DNA of 59,493 nucleotides from Alphaproteobacteria bacterium (GTDB taxonomy: Bacteria > Pseudomonadota > Alphaproteobacteria > Micropepsales > Micropepsaceae). Under the pieces are notes generated by a model. It ran no database searches. It was given only the letters and a program-made list of their open reading frames with translations, and was not told the DNA's origin. This document shows, piece after piece, positions 28,985-38,619 of the stretch; within the stretch, counting starts at the first letter, position 1, and every line of letters begins with the position of its first letter. The position numbers and the translations under genes are program-made. The DNA is taken from NCBI GenBank assembly GCA_027456965.1, contig DAIDUA010000034.1:1-59493 (forward strand). The letters are read 5' to 3'.

Positions 28985-29467
28985 AATGTAATACCGATAT
29001 TAGAATGTGGGACTAAAGGACGTAGATGCTGCGTCCTTGAGACGAAATCCGTCATGACAGTGCATCGGCGACCTTTTCACGAATTGTGCCTATCCCGAGA
29101 GTCTCACCAGAGCATATAGGACATTCTGTCCATAACTACAGCGTACGCAATCGAAGACGAGAATAGTCCTATGTCCCGTCGCAATATACGACATACCGGC
29201 GACTTTGTCGTTCATGCAAAGGTGGCGGTTCGTCGCGATCGGGGACGCCGACGCCCCGAAGACCAAATTGTGGGCCACCGTCCTAAATACCGTGGAATTG
29301 TAGAGCGCGGTCGGCCTCTTAGCCGATTCGCGGGTGTGCGGCCATGATCGCCAACGGCCGTGGCTGCAACATCCGGGCGGACCGTCTTTGCGGCCCGCAT
29401 AGTCGTACATGCGAACGATAAACAACTCGAAGCGGCGCGCGCAGATGACAGGGAATGGGAGGAAAGC

Positions 29468-30544
29468 ATGGTGCCAAACCCATTATTGGGCGTGGTCTTC
29501 CATTGGATCGGCGGACTGGCATCGGCCAGCTTTTATGTGCCGTATCGTTCGGTCAAAGGCTGGTCCTGGGAGATTTTCTGGCTAGTCGGCGGGTTCTTCA
29601 GCTGGATTATCGCGCCCTGGCTTTTCGCCGCCCTAAGAACGCACGACCTCCTCCTCGTCCTGTCGCAGACGCCGCCAGCTACGCTGGGCGAGTGTTACCT
29701 CTTCGGCGCGCTGTGGGGGTTCGGCGGGCTGACTTTCGGCCTCACCATGCGTTATCTCGGCATCTCGCTGGGAACGGCCGTCGCGCTCGGCCTCACGGCC
29801 GCCTTCGGAACACTCATCCCGCCCCTGGTCAGCGGTCAGCTTTTCGGAAGCCTCATCCATACCACCGGCGGGATCGTCATACTTCTAGGCGTCGCGACCG
29901 CGCTTTTCGGAATCTGGATCGTCGGGATTGCAGGACACAATAAGGAAATCGAGCAGACGCAGAAGGGCGAAGACACGCCACTCAAGATCACCAACTTCCG
30001 CAAAGGCATACTGGTCGCGATCTTCTCCGGAATCATGAGCGCCTGCTTCGCCTATGGTCTGGATGCCGGAGATCCGATTCGCCGGCTGACCCTGGAGCAC
30101 GGCACCGACCCGCTGTCGCAGGGGTTGCCGGTCCTGGTCGTTGTTTTGCTCGGCGGTTTCACCACCAACGCTCTGTGGTGCCTTTTGCTGATTCTGAAGA
30201 ATCGGACAGCTCGCGATTTCGTCGGCGGGGCCTCTGCCGATGCGTCCCTTGTTGCCGCACCGCTGACCCGAAACTACCTACTTTGCGCCCTGGGCGGCAC
30301 GGCCTGGTACTTCCAGTTCTTTTTCTACACGATGGGAGAGAGCCAGATGGGCCGTTACGCGTTCTCCAGTTGGACGCTGCATATGGCCAGCATCATTATC
30401 TTCGCAACCTTTTGGGGACTGGCGCTACGGGAATGGCGGGGCGCCAGCAGACGCAGCCTGACGCTCTTAACTCTCGGTCTTGCAGTCCTGGTGGGGTCGA
30501 CGGTTGTCATCGGTCTCGGCAACGCGCTCGCCGCGCATCACTGA
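29468..30544 (+). CDS. rhaT: L-rhamnose/proton symporter
   Basis: SASFYVPY..VK.WSWE, GALWGFGGLTFGLTMRYLG.SLG, GGFTTN..WC, WYFQFFFY.MG, SWTLHMA. Confidence 0.93.
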   Translation: MVPNPLLGVVFHWIGGLASASFYVPYRSVKGWSWEIFWLVGGFFSWIIAPWLFAALRTHDLLLVLSQTPPATLGECYLFGALWGFGGLTFGLTMRYLGISLGTAVALGLTAAFGTLIPPLVSGQLFGSLIHTTGGIVILLGVATALFGIWIVGIAGHNKEIEQTQKGEDTPLKITNFRKGILVAIFSGIMSACFAYGLDAGDPIRRLTLEHGTDPLSQGLPVLVVVLLGGFTTNALWCLLLILKNRTARDFVGGASADASLVAAPLTRNYLLCALGGTAWYFQFFFYTMGESQMGRYAFSSWTLHMASIIIFATFWGLALREWRGASRRSLTLLTLGLAVLVGSTVVIGLGNALAAHH

Positions 30545-30566
30545 ACCCGTCCGAAGGAGAAATTCG

Positions 30567-31955
30567 ATGAAAATACCTCATGTCCTATTCATAGCAGCCA
30601 TTGTTGTCGCCCTGAGCGCCCCGCCCGCAGCCCAAGCCGCGCCGGCCTCAACCGCCGCGCCGGCGCACTGGATTGCTGCATGGTATTCGCCGCCGTTCCC
30701 GCCAACTTCAGTTCTGACATGGAATGATGTGCGGATATTCGACCACCAGACAGTCCGCCAGGTTCTCCGCCTCGAAGCGGGCGGCGATCGACTGCGCGTG
30801 CGGCTGACGAACGAATTGGGACTATCACCCGTCAAGATCGGTTCCGTGCATATCGCATTGTCCTCGCCCAACGGCGTAACCGAACCCGAGACCGATCACC
30901 AAATCACCTTCGACGGCCGTCCGGACGCCATCATTCCAACCGGGCAGGCATTGGTCAGCGACCCTATAAATATGAAAACGCATGCGTTCGACGAGGTCGC
31001 TATCTCGATTTACTATCCCGGCAGGCTCGCGCCGGCCGCGCATTTGACGTTGGTCAAAATCTCCGGTCACGGCGACCATGGCTCGGAAGCAATACTGCCC
31101 AGCTGGACGATCGCAAGAGCGCCGGCGCTGGCGTCCGGCGTCGACGTCGAAACCGACAAACCGCGCCACGTCATCGTCGCCTTCGGCGATTCGATCACCG
31201 AAGGAGCGGGCGTGACACCGGGCCTCAACTTGGCCTGGCCCGAACAACTGGCGCTACGCCTTTCCAAGGACCCAGCGACCGAGAATTTGGTCGTCGTCAA
31301 TTCGGGGATCAGCGGCAATCGCCTGCTGCACGATGGCGCCGGTCCAAAGGCGCTGGATCGCTTTGAACGCGACGCACTGGATATCCCAGGGGTCACCGAC
31401 ATCATCTTGCTCGAAGGCATCAACGATATCGGCTGGGCCTATTCGCCCGACGGCGATACCGGCCCTCTCAGCGTCGACGACATTATCGGCGCGTACAAAG
31501 AACTCATCGCCCGCGCCCACGCCCGCGGCCTGAAGATCTTTGGCGGCACCATGACGCCGTACGAAGGTGCCGTCTATTACAGCCCGAAAGGCGAAGAGGT
31601 CCGCGAAGCTGTCAACAAGTGGATTCGTACCAGCGGCGCCTTTGACGGCGTTATCGATTTCGATTCCGCGCTACGCGACCCGGCGCATCCATTGCGCTTC
31701 ATCGGTGCTTATCAGTTCGGCGACAACCTGCATCCGAACGATGCCGGCAACACCGCGATGGCCGAGGCGATAGACTTGAAGCAGTTCGCCGCTCCCAGCG
31801 GAGCGACGGCCCCAATGGTGGACAACCCCGCCGATACAAAGCCAACGCCGACGAAGCCGACATACGCCTGCCGCGTCCACAAAGACAGAACCGGTCACAT
31901 GCGGCGGATTTGCCGACGGCTGAAGCCTGCCGCGGCAGCAAAAACACAGCACTGA
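30567..31955 (+). CDS. Secreted SGNH/GDSL hydrolase (putative carbohydrate acetylesterase)
   Basis: Signal peptide; blocks FGDSITEG, NSGISGN, EGINDIG, DNLHPN. Confidence 0.88.
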   Translation: MKIPHVLFIAAIVVALSAPPAAQAAPASTAAPAHWIAAWYSPPFPPTSVLTWNDVRIFDHQTVRQVLRLEAGGDRLRVRLTNELGLSPVKIGSVHIALSSPNGVTEPETDHQITFDGRPDAIIPTGQALVSDPINMKTHAFDEVAISIYYPGRLAPAAHLTLVKISGHGDHGSEAILPSWTIARAPALASGVDVETDKPRHVIVAFGDSITEGAGVTPGLNLAWPEQLALRLSKDPATENLVVVNSGISGNRLLHDGAGPKALDRFERDALDIPGVTDIILLEGINDIGWAYSPDGDTGPLSVDDIIGAYKELIARAHARGLKIFGGTMTPYEGAVYYSPKGEEVREAVNKWIRTSGAFDGVIDFDSALRDPAHPLRFIGAYQFGDNLHPNDAGNTAMAEAIDLKQFAAPSGATAPMVDNPADTKPTPTKPTYACRVHKDRTGHMRRICRRLKPAAAAKTQH

Positions 31956-32008
31956 TTCGTCTTCACGATAGCCGTTTTAACAACAGCCGTTTTGAAAGTG
32001 AGCAGCCC

Positions 32009-35000
32009 ATGCTGAAGATCGATCGTCGAGACTTTATGATAGCAGCAGGTTTGATCGCGGCGGCCCCCGGGCCGGCACGCGCGCGGGCAAACGGGTTGCA
32101 GGCTACGGCGCTTAAGACGGAGTTCATCGACCGACCGCTTGGGCTCGACACGCTTAAGCCGCGATTCTCGTGGCAACTGCAGTCCGGACGGCGAGGCGCG
32201 AAGCAATCGGCCTATCGCATCACGGCGGCATCGTCGGAGACAAAGCTGAAAGCGGGCGTGGCGGATATCTGGGACAGCGGACGCGTCAAATCGGACCGCT
32301 GTTTCGAGGTCCCGTATGAAGGCCGACCGCTGCAGTCGGCCGAACGCGCTTGGTGGCGGGTTCAAATCTGGGACGAGACAGGCCGCCGGTCCGCCCATAG
32401 CGACGCCAGTTGGTTTGAAATGGGCCTATTAGCTCCATCCGATTGGACGGGAGACTGGCTGATTGCGCAGGAGCCCGAAGAAGCCGCAGACCGTGCGGCC
32501 GGGCTGCATTGGATATGGGACGGCAAGCCACTTGATCCACGGCCGCGGAAATTCCGCTTCCGTTTTTCTCTACCGGCGGACCCCGCCGACGCCAAGCTTC
32601 TTCTCTCGGCCAAGGACAATCTGGTCGGCGTTTGGACAAACGGTCGACCGGCGCAGTTGCCCGGCCAAGTGTTCTGGGGAACGATGCAGACGATTCCGGT
32701 TTCTCTCGTCGGCGGCGACAACGTCATTTGCGTCGAGGCGACGGCGCTGACGGACGGCTTCCTACCGCCCGACGGCGGCGCCGTGGCAGCGCTCCTGCGC
32801 GTAACGTCAAGGGACGGCCATGTAACGCGGTTTACGTCAGGTCCGGACTGGCGCGTTTCGAATCTAGATGCCTCGGACTGGACCACGACGTCGTTCGACG
32901 ACAGCGCCTGGCAGCATTCGCAGTCGTCGCATGCGCACGCATGGTGCGAACCCTGGCCGGCAGCCGACGCGATGCTCTTTCGCCGTTCTTTCTCAGTCGC
33001 CAAGCCGATAGCACGCGCACGTCTGTATGCGACAGCGCTGGGGGCCTACGAAGCCTATCTGAATGGCCGCCGCGTCGGAGACGCACGTCTTGCGCCGGAG
33101 ATTGCGGTTGCGAGCGATCACGTATTTTACCAAACCTACGACGTCACGGATTTTCTGCAAAGCAGCGAGAATGTGATCGGACTTCTGATCGGCGACGGCT
33201 GGTATGCCAGCGCTTTCGCGTGGCGCAACGAGCGCTTTTCGCTCGGCAACGGCCCGCGACGTTTCCTGACGCGGCTTGTGCTCGATTACCAGGACGGCAG
33301 CCAAGACATCGTCACCACCGACGGGAATTGGCGCACGACGCCATCCGCCATACGGACGTCGGAAATCTACAATGGCGAGACCTACGACGCGCGGTTGGAG
33401 CAGTCGACTTGGAACAGAGCAGATTTTGATGACAGTCATTGGCGCCCAGTAGACACCGGTGAAAAGCCGCTCGTCCGCCTTATACCTCAGGTGAGTCCGC
33501 CGATCCGCGAAATGCAGGCACTTTCCGCCAAGAGCGTGACCGAACCGCGCCCCGGTACGTTCGTCCTCGACTTCGGGCAGAACTTCGCAGGCTGGTGCCG
33601 CTTGCGCGCGAAGGGCACCACCGGCACCGCCATTACTCTGCGTCACGCGGAGATCCTCAAGCCCTCCGGCGAGATCGACACAAGCAATCTGCGCGGCGCC
33701 AAGGCAACGGACACGTATGTGCTTCGCGGCGATCCGGCTGGCGAGGCTTACGAACCGCACTTCACCTATCACGGCTTTCGCTATGTGGAAGTCACAGGTT
33801 ACCCGGGCCGACCCGACGCAAAGTCCCTCGATGGCGTCGTCGTCCACACCGACGCCCCTGCGACCGGCACGTTCACCGTCGAAAATGCTCTTGTCCAGCA
33901 TATCTGGCACAACGCACTGTGGAGCCAACGTTCGAATTTCTTCGGCGTGCCGACTGACTGTCCACAGCGCGACGAACGCATGGGTTGGATGGGTGACATT
34001 CAGGTTTTCCTAGATGCCGCTGCTTTCAATATGGACGTCGATGCCTTCATCCGACGCTTCCTGGCCGAAGTGCGCGCCGGACAGACGCCCGACGGCGCTT
34101 TCCCGGTTGTCACGCCGCAGCCGCGTTCTTTCCCGCCGATGCTGACTGCAGGATGGAGCGAAGCCGGCGTTATCCTGCCGTGGACGCTCTACCGCCGTTA
34201 CGGCGATATGCGGGTCATCGAGGACAATTGGGCCGCGATGTCCGCCTGGATCGCTTTTGTCTCCGACGCAAACCCCGACTTTCTGTGGCGCAACAAGCGC
34301 GGCCTGGACCTCGGCGACTGGCTGTCGGTGGATGCCAAGCAGCCGTGGGATGAAACCACACCTCGGATGCTCGTGGCGACTGCCTATTGGGCCTACGTCG
34401 CCAGCCTTATGGCCGAGATGGCCAAGGCAATCGGACTGGTCGGCGACGCCACTCGTTACACAGAGATGCGGGGAAAGATCGGTCAGGCCTTCGCTTCGAC
34501 TTTCGTGCGGCCGGATGGCACGATCGGCAACGGCAGCCAGACAAGTTACGTGCTGGCACTGCGTTTCGGGCTAGTACCCGAACATTTGCGCGCCGCGGCC
34601 GGCGACCATCTCGCGGCCGGCATCCGGGCGCGTGGCACGAAGCTTTCAACCGGATTCTTGGGAACGCCCTACCTACTGGACGCGCTCAGCGACACCGGGC
34701 ACGCCGATGTTGCCGTGTCGCTGCTGCTGCAGACGGAGTATCCGTCCTGGGGTTACATGATACGCAAGGGCGCGACCACGATGTGGGAGCGCTGGAACGG
34801 CGACGTCGGCGACGTCTCAATGAATTCTTACAATCACTACGCGTTTGGCGCGGTAGTGGGCTTTCTGTACCGACGGCTAGCCGGGATCAGTCCGGCGGCA
34901 CCGGGCTTCAGGCGGATTGACGTAAATCCGATCTTCGACACACGCGTGGGCCGTGTGCACGCGGAGTATCAATCCTGCCTCGGGCGCATCACGACCGACG

Positions 35001-35206
35001 TGAGCGGCGACGCTGCAGGCCTTTCCCGCCTTCGCCTCTCCGTTCCTGCCAATGCCATCGCACGAATCCAGCTGCCGGCACGCAGCACCGTTTGGCATGA
35101 AAGCGGCCGCCTCCTGGATCGCCGCCCCGATCTGAAGGTCCTCGACAGGAACACGTCGTTGTTGACCGTCGAGGTAGGTTCCGGAGACTACGATTTCGGT
35201 GCCTGA
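32009..35206 (+). CDS. GH78 alpha-L-rhamnosidase (Tat signal)
   Basis: DRRDFM Tat motif; ARLYATALG.Y, DFGQNFAG, FTYHGFRYVE, PTDCPQRDERMGWMGD, GDWL, GATTMWERW, MNS.NHYAFG. Confidence 0.93.
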   Translation: MLKIDRRDFMIAAGLIAAAPGPARARANGLQATALKTEFIDRPLGLDTLKPRFSWQLQSGRRGAKQSAYRITAASSETKLKAGVADIWDSGRVKSDRCFEVPYEGRPLQSAERAWWRVQIWDETGRRSAHSDASWFEMGLLAPSDWTGDWLIAQEPEEAADRAAGLHWIWDGKPLDPRPRKFRFRFSLPADPADAKLLLSAKDNLVGVWTNGRPAQLPGQVFWGTMQTIPVSLVGGDNVICVEATALTDGFLPPDGGAVAALLRVTSRDGHVTRFTSGPDWRVSNLDASDWTTTSFDDSAWQHSQSSHAHAWCEPWPAADAMLFRRSFSVAKPIARARLYATALGAYEAYLNGRRVGDARLAPEIAVASDHVFYQTYDVTDFLQSSENVIGLLIGDGWYASAFAWRNERFSLGNGPRRFLTRLVLDYQDGSQDIVTTDGNWRTTPSAIRTSEIYNGETYDARLEQSTWNRADFDDSHWRPVDTGEKPLVRLIPQVSPPIREMQALSAKSVTEPRPGTFVLDFGQNFAGWCRLRAKGTTGTAITLRHAEILKPSGEIDTSNLRGAKATDTYVLRGDPAGEAYEPHFTYHGFRYVEVTGYPGRPDAKSLDGVVVHTDAPATGTFTVENALVQHIWHNALWSQRSNFFGVPTDCPQRDERMGWMGDIQVFLDAAAFNMDVDAFIRRFLAEVRAGQTPDGAFPVVTPQPRSFPPMLTAGWSEAGVILPWTLYRRYGDMRVIEDNWAAMSAWIAFVSDANPDFLWRNKRGLDLGDWLSVDAKQPWDETTPRMLVATAYWAYVASLMAEMAKAIGLVGDATRYTEMRGKIGQAFASTFVRPDGTIGNGSQTSYVLALRFGLVPEHLRAAAGDHLAAGIRARGTKLSTGFLGTPYLLDALSDTGHADVAVSLLLQTEYPSWGYMIRKGATTMWERWNGDVGDVSMNSYNHYAFGAVVGFLYRRLAGISPAAPGFRRIDVNPIFDTRVGRVHAEYQSCLGRITTDVSGDAAGLSRLRLSVPANAIARIQLPARSTVWHESGRLLDRRPDLKVLDRNTSLLTVEVGSGDYDFGA

Positions 35207-35241
35207 CTGTTTCCTGCCGCCATCAGCAATTTTGCGATATG

Positions 35242-35252
35242 TCATTATATGA
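35242..35252. promoter_or_regulatory. Palindrome TCAT-TAT-ATGA, candidate IclR operator
   Basis: Same 4-3-4 geometry as the sites at 41775 and 24484; AT-rich patch upstream of the racemase-fold/MFS operon. Confidence 0.45.
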
Positions 35253-35364
35253 TACTTGAATTCATATCTTGACTATGTTGCCGCATGGCAGTTGAGTGAG
35301 CGAAGGCTGCAGCGACGCCGGTGTCGCGAGCAGGCAAAAGCACTTCGGGAGGGGCAACGGTCAA

Positions 35365-36036
35365 ATGGCAAAAAAGCTCGCGCTGCTGCACACCTCACCA
35401 ATGCTCACGCCATTGTTCGGCACACTTTGTGCGCAATGGATGCCGGAGACGCGCATCTTTCACATGGTCGACGAAAGTCTGATCAAGAACACGATCGAAA
35501 CCGGCCATCTGCAGAATACCACGATCCGGCGGCTGATCTGGATGATAGGGTCCGGCTTCGAAGCTGGCGCTGATGCGGTGCTAGTCACCTGTTCGTCGAT
35601 CGGGCCAGGCGTTGACGTCGCCCGGAAGATATTCGATCGCCCGGTCATTCGAGTCGACGAGGCCATGGCGGCGAAGGCTGTGGGCCTCGGAACGCGTATC
35701 GGCGTTGTTGCGACGTTGCGGACGACGCTGGACCCGACCATCGCTCTAGTCCATCGCAAAGCCGCGGAAGCTGGCAGGCAAATCGAGATTACCGACTGCC
35801 TCTGCGACGGCGCGTTCGAAGCCGTCATCGCCGGCGACACGGCGACGCACGACCGGATCGTCGCCGATGCCCTCACGAACAAAATGCGCGGCGTCGACGT
35901 CATCGTACTTGCCCAGGCATCCATGGCACGTCTCGCCGGGGCGCTTGCTCCGGGCGCCGTGTCCGCGCCGATCCTCTCGAGCCCGGAACTCGGCGTAAAG
36001 CACGTTCGCGACGTTCTGCACGGGGGCGTCGCTTGA
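35365..36036 (+). CDS. Asp/Glu/hydantoin racemase-superfamily protein, function unknown
   Basis: LALLHTS, HMVDESL, ADAVLVTCSSIG, RVDE.MA, GVVATL.TTL.PT, DVIVLAQASMA; second catalytic Cys position is Gln. Confidence 0.8.
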   Translation: MAKKLALLHTSPMLTPLFGTLCAQWMPETRIFHMVDESLIKNTIETGHLQNTTIRRLIWMIGSGFEAGADAVLVTCSSIGPGVDVARKIFDRPVIRVDEAMAAKAVGLGTRIGVVATLRTTLDPTIALVHRKAAEAGRQIEITDCLCDGAFEAVIAGDTATHDRIVADALTNKMRGVDVIVLAQASMARLAGALAPGAVSAPILSSPELGVKHVRDVLHGGVA

Positions 36037-37301
36037 AGAAGCGCTACATCGTCGTCGGCCTGCTCAGCGTTGTCTCCATCATCACCTTTCTCGACCGCAT
36101 GGCCATCGCGGTCGCCGGACCGCAGATCCAGCAGGACTTACATATTAGCCCTGACAAGTGGGGCTGGGTGCTCAGCGCTTACGTCATCGCCTACGGCATC
36201 TTCGAAATCCCTTCCGGCGCCATGGGCGACAAGAACGGCCATCGGCGGGAGTTGACGCGCATCGCCGTCTGGTGGTCAGCATTCACGGCACTGACCGGAT
36301 GGTGCCAGAACTTCCTTCAACTGGCTGCGACGCGATTTCTGTTAGGCATCGGCGCGGCTGGCGCTTATCCAAATTCCGCCGGCGTGTTGTGGCGCTGGTT
36401 ACCCGCACACGAACGCGCGCGCGGACAAGGCGCCATCTGGGCCGCCAGCCGGCTCGGCGGTGCGCTGGCGCCTTTGCTGCTGGTGCCACTGGAGGAATAT
36501 CTCGGCTGGCGTGCGGTATTCTGGGCATTGGCCGGCGTCGGATTGGTCTGGGCCATCTTCTGGCACCGCTGGTATCACGATCAACCTGCGCAGCAGCCCG
36601 GCATTACCCCCGAAGAAGTGGGCGCGATCGGTAAGCAAGGTGACGACGGGCTGCATCGCTCGCCGCCCTGGAAGAAACTGCTGCGGCTTCGGCAGCTTTG
36701 GCTCATCACGGTCGCCTACGGATTCTACGCCTGGGGCAGTTGGTTCTATTTCAACTGGTTTCCAACCTGGATGCTCCATGCCGGCCATTTCACGATGGCG
36801 CAAATGGGCGTTTATGCCTCATTCCCCTTCCTGCTCGGCATCGGGAGCAACATTCTGGGCGGCATGCTGTGCGACGCCCTCGCCAAACGGATCGGCGTCC
36901 AATATGCCTACCGCATCATCACATCCACCTGCCTTGTCGTGGTCAGCGTGCTGCTGCTCCTGATGAGTATGTCGAGCGGCCACATCGCCATCGTCGTACT
37001 GGCAAGTGCGAGTTTCGCGGTAATGGACCTGATGTTGCCGGCGGCATGGGCGATGTGCATGAGCATCGGAGGCCAATTCGGCGGCGTCGCGACCGGCATC
37101 ATGAATACTTCAGGCCAACTCGGCGGACTATTCTGCACCCTCGCATTCGGTTACATCGTGAGCGCGACCGGAAATTACGATCTGCCGGTCCGCGTCGTGG
37201 CCTTGATGGTGTTCGTCGCTGCGCTGATATTTTCGCAGATCAATTGCACGAACGGGCTTACAACCGACGAAGAGCGGGCATCTGTTCTGCAGACGGCTTA
37301 A
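36033..37301 (+). CDS. MFS transporter, anion:cation symporter (sugar-acid, GudP-like) family
   Basis: ITFLDR..I.VA, FEIPSG..GD..G.R, RFLLG.G.AG.YP, GIMNT.GQLGG; ~12 hydrophobic segments; TTG start overlaps the upstream TGA. Confidence 0.88.
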   Translation: MKKRYIVVGLLSVVSIITFLDRMAIAVAGPQIQQDLHISPDKWGWVLSAYVIAYGIFEIPSGAMGDKNGHRRELTRIAVWWSAFTALTGWCQNFLQLAATRFLLGIGAAGAYPNSAGVLWRWLPAHERARGQGAIWAASRLGGALAPLLLVPLEEYLGWRAVFWALAGVGLVWAIFWHRWYHDQPAQQPGITPEEVGAIGKQGDDGLHRSPPWKKLLRLRQLWLITVAYGFYAWGSWFYFNWFPTWMLHAGHFTMAQMGVYASFPFLLGIGSNILGGMLCDALAKRIGVQYAYRIITSTCLVVVSVLLLLMSMSSGHIAIVVLASASFAVMDLMLPAAWAMCMSIGGQFGGVATGIMNTSGQLGGLFCTLAFGYIVSATGNYDLPVRVVALMVFVAALIFSQINCTNGLTTDEERASVLQTA

Positions 37302-38612
37302 TTATCCGGCCCCAAGAAGCACTCTTTCGAAGAAGTCCTCCGAGCCGATCTGGCCGCCCTTGAGCACAAGCTCAAGACCGTCGAGCGCTGCGTCATCCGA
37401 ATGCCCCCGGCAAAGAGGTGCGCCGGGTTGCAGGTTGCCCGCCCAAGTGAGCGCGTGAAGGCCAAGCTGCGCGACCGCGTGGCTCGATGTATCACCACCA
37501 GCAAGCAGAACCCGCCTTACGCCGCTGCGTAGGATGACGTTACGCAGCAACCCGCCGACTTTCCGGCCAAGCGCGTCACCGAATGACGGCGTTTCCGCGG
37601 CGAGCGGCCCGAGCGCACTGTAAAGCACGACCTTCCCGCTCTTTCGCAACATCGCGATCGCTGCACCGCTGTACTGTTCCATCGCCGCATCTGCCGCATG
37701 AATCAGATGTTGCGGATCGAGAACAATATTCTCGAAGCCATGTGCAGCGGCCCAGCGGATTTGGCCTGCCGTCACGGGCGAACAACTCCCGCTGACGACC
37801 AACAGGGAGTCCGCTGCTGACGGTCGAACCGACGGAGCGCTGTCCGGGATCAAGCCGTCCGCCTGCCATTGCGATATCAACGCCTGCGTCAGACCTGAAC
37901 TTCCAACCGCAAACAGATGTTTGCGCCGGGCCCCTAACGACAGCACGCGTCCGATTTCGTTCAGCATCCGTCGATCGATACCGTCGAACAATATGGCTTT
38001 CCGTCCCTCTGCGAGTTGGCCAGCAAGAACGCCCTCGGATTCGCCCGCTTGAAGGGTCTGCAAATCGATCAACCCGATGGGCATTGCCGTTTGCAACGCG
38101 AGGTGGCGGCGCAAGTCAGCTTCGTGCATGGGCGTGACAGGATGACAGCTCATCGTCGGATGGCGATCGATCCGATAGATATTCTCGCCAGCAGCCGCAA
38201 ACAGATTTCCGAAGACAACATAACGGCGAAGATGCGGCGCGCCCACGACGATCGGCACGAACTCCGGCGCGAAGACCGACAGCCCGATTTCCATCGCGCG
38301 CCCGATAGAGCCGCGCGATGGCGCGCTGTCGAAGGTGGAGCAGACCTTATAATGCGTCACCGGAGCATCGAATGATCTGAGCAGCGCAAATATCCGCGGC
38401 AAGTTCTCATCCATCCAAGCGGGTGTGCGGCTGCGGCTGTCGCCGGCAATGCCAATCACTTGGCAATCCGAGAAGCGTTGGAGATGTTCTGCCGATGGCT
38501 CGCCGAGGAACAGTACGCTGCGCAACCCTGCACCCGCAACATTCTCCAGCACATCGGTCGAGCCTGTGAAATCGTCGCCGTAAAAGGAGTAGATCAATGC
38601 GCTCTGCGGCAT
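37302..38612 (-). CDS. Four-carbon acid sugar kinase family (DUF1537), OiaK-like
   Basis: YGDDFTGSTD, HYKVCSTFDS, R.DRHPTM..HPVTPM.EADL, SGSCS.VT..Q, AGGDTS, LKGGQ.G. Confidence 0.9.
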   Translation of the reverse strand: MPQSALIYSFYGDDFTGSTDVLENVAGAGLRSVLFLGEPSAEHLQRFSDCQVIGIAGDSRSRTPAWMDENLPRIFALLRSFDAPVTHYKVCSTFDSAPSRGSIGRAMEIGLSVFAPEFVPIVVGAPHLRRYVVFGNLFAAAGENIYRIDRHPTMSCHPVTPMHEADLRRHLALQTAMPIGLIDLQTLQAGESEGVLAGQLAEGRKAILFDGIDRRMLNEIGRVLSLGARRKHLFAVGSSGLTQALISQWQADGLIPDSAPSVRPSAADSLLVVSGSCSPVTAGQIRWAAAHGFENIVLDPQHLIHAADAAMEQYSGAAIAMLRKSGKVVLYSALGPLAAETPSFGDALGRKVGGLLRNVILRSGVRRVLLAGGDTSSHAVAQLGLHALTWAGNLQPGAPLCRGHSDDAALDGLELVLKGGQIGSEDFFERVLLGAG

Positions 38613-38619
38613 GATCGCA

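Noticed and set aside
31970-31995. Short duplication AGCCGTTTT x2 (15-bp period) before the second GH78
   Set aside because: Only two copies, with no similar motif noticed elsewhere; likely slippage.
35365-36036. Glutamate racemase MurI
   Set aside because: Lacks the DSG.GG, CNT and GCTH motifs.
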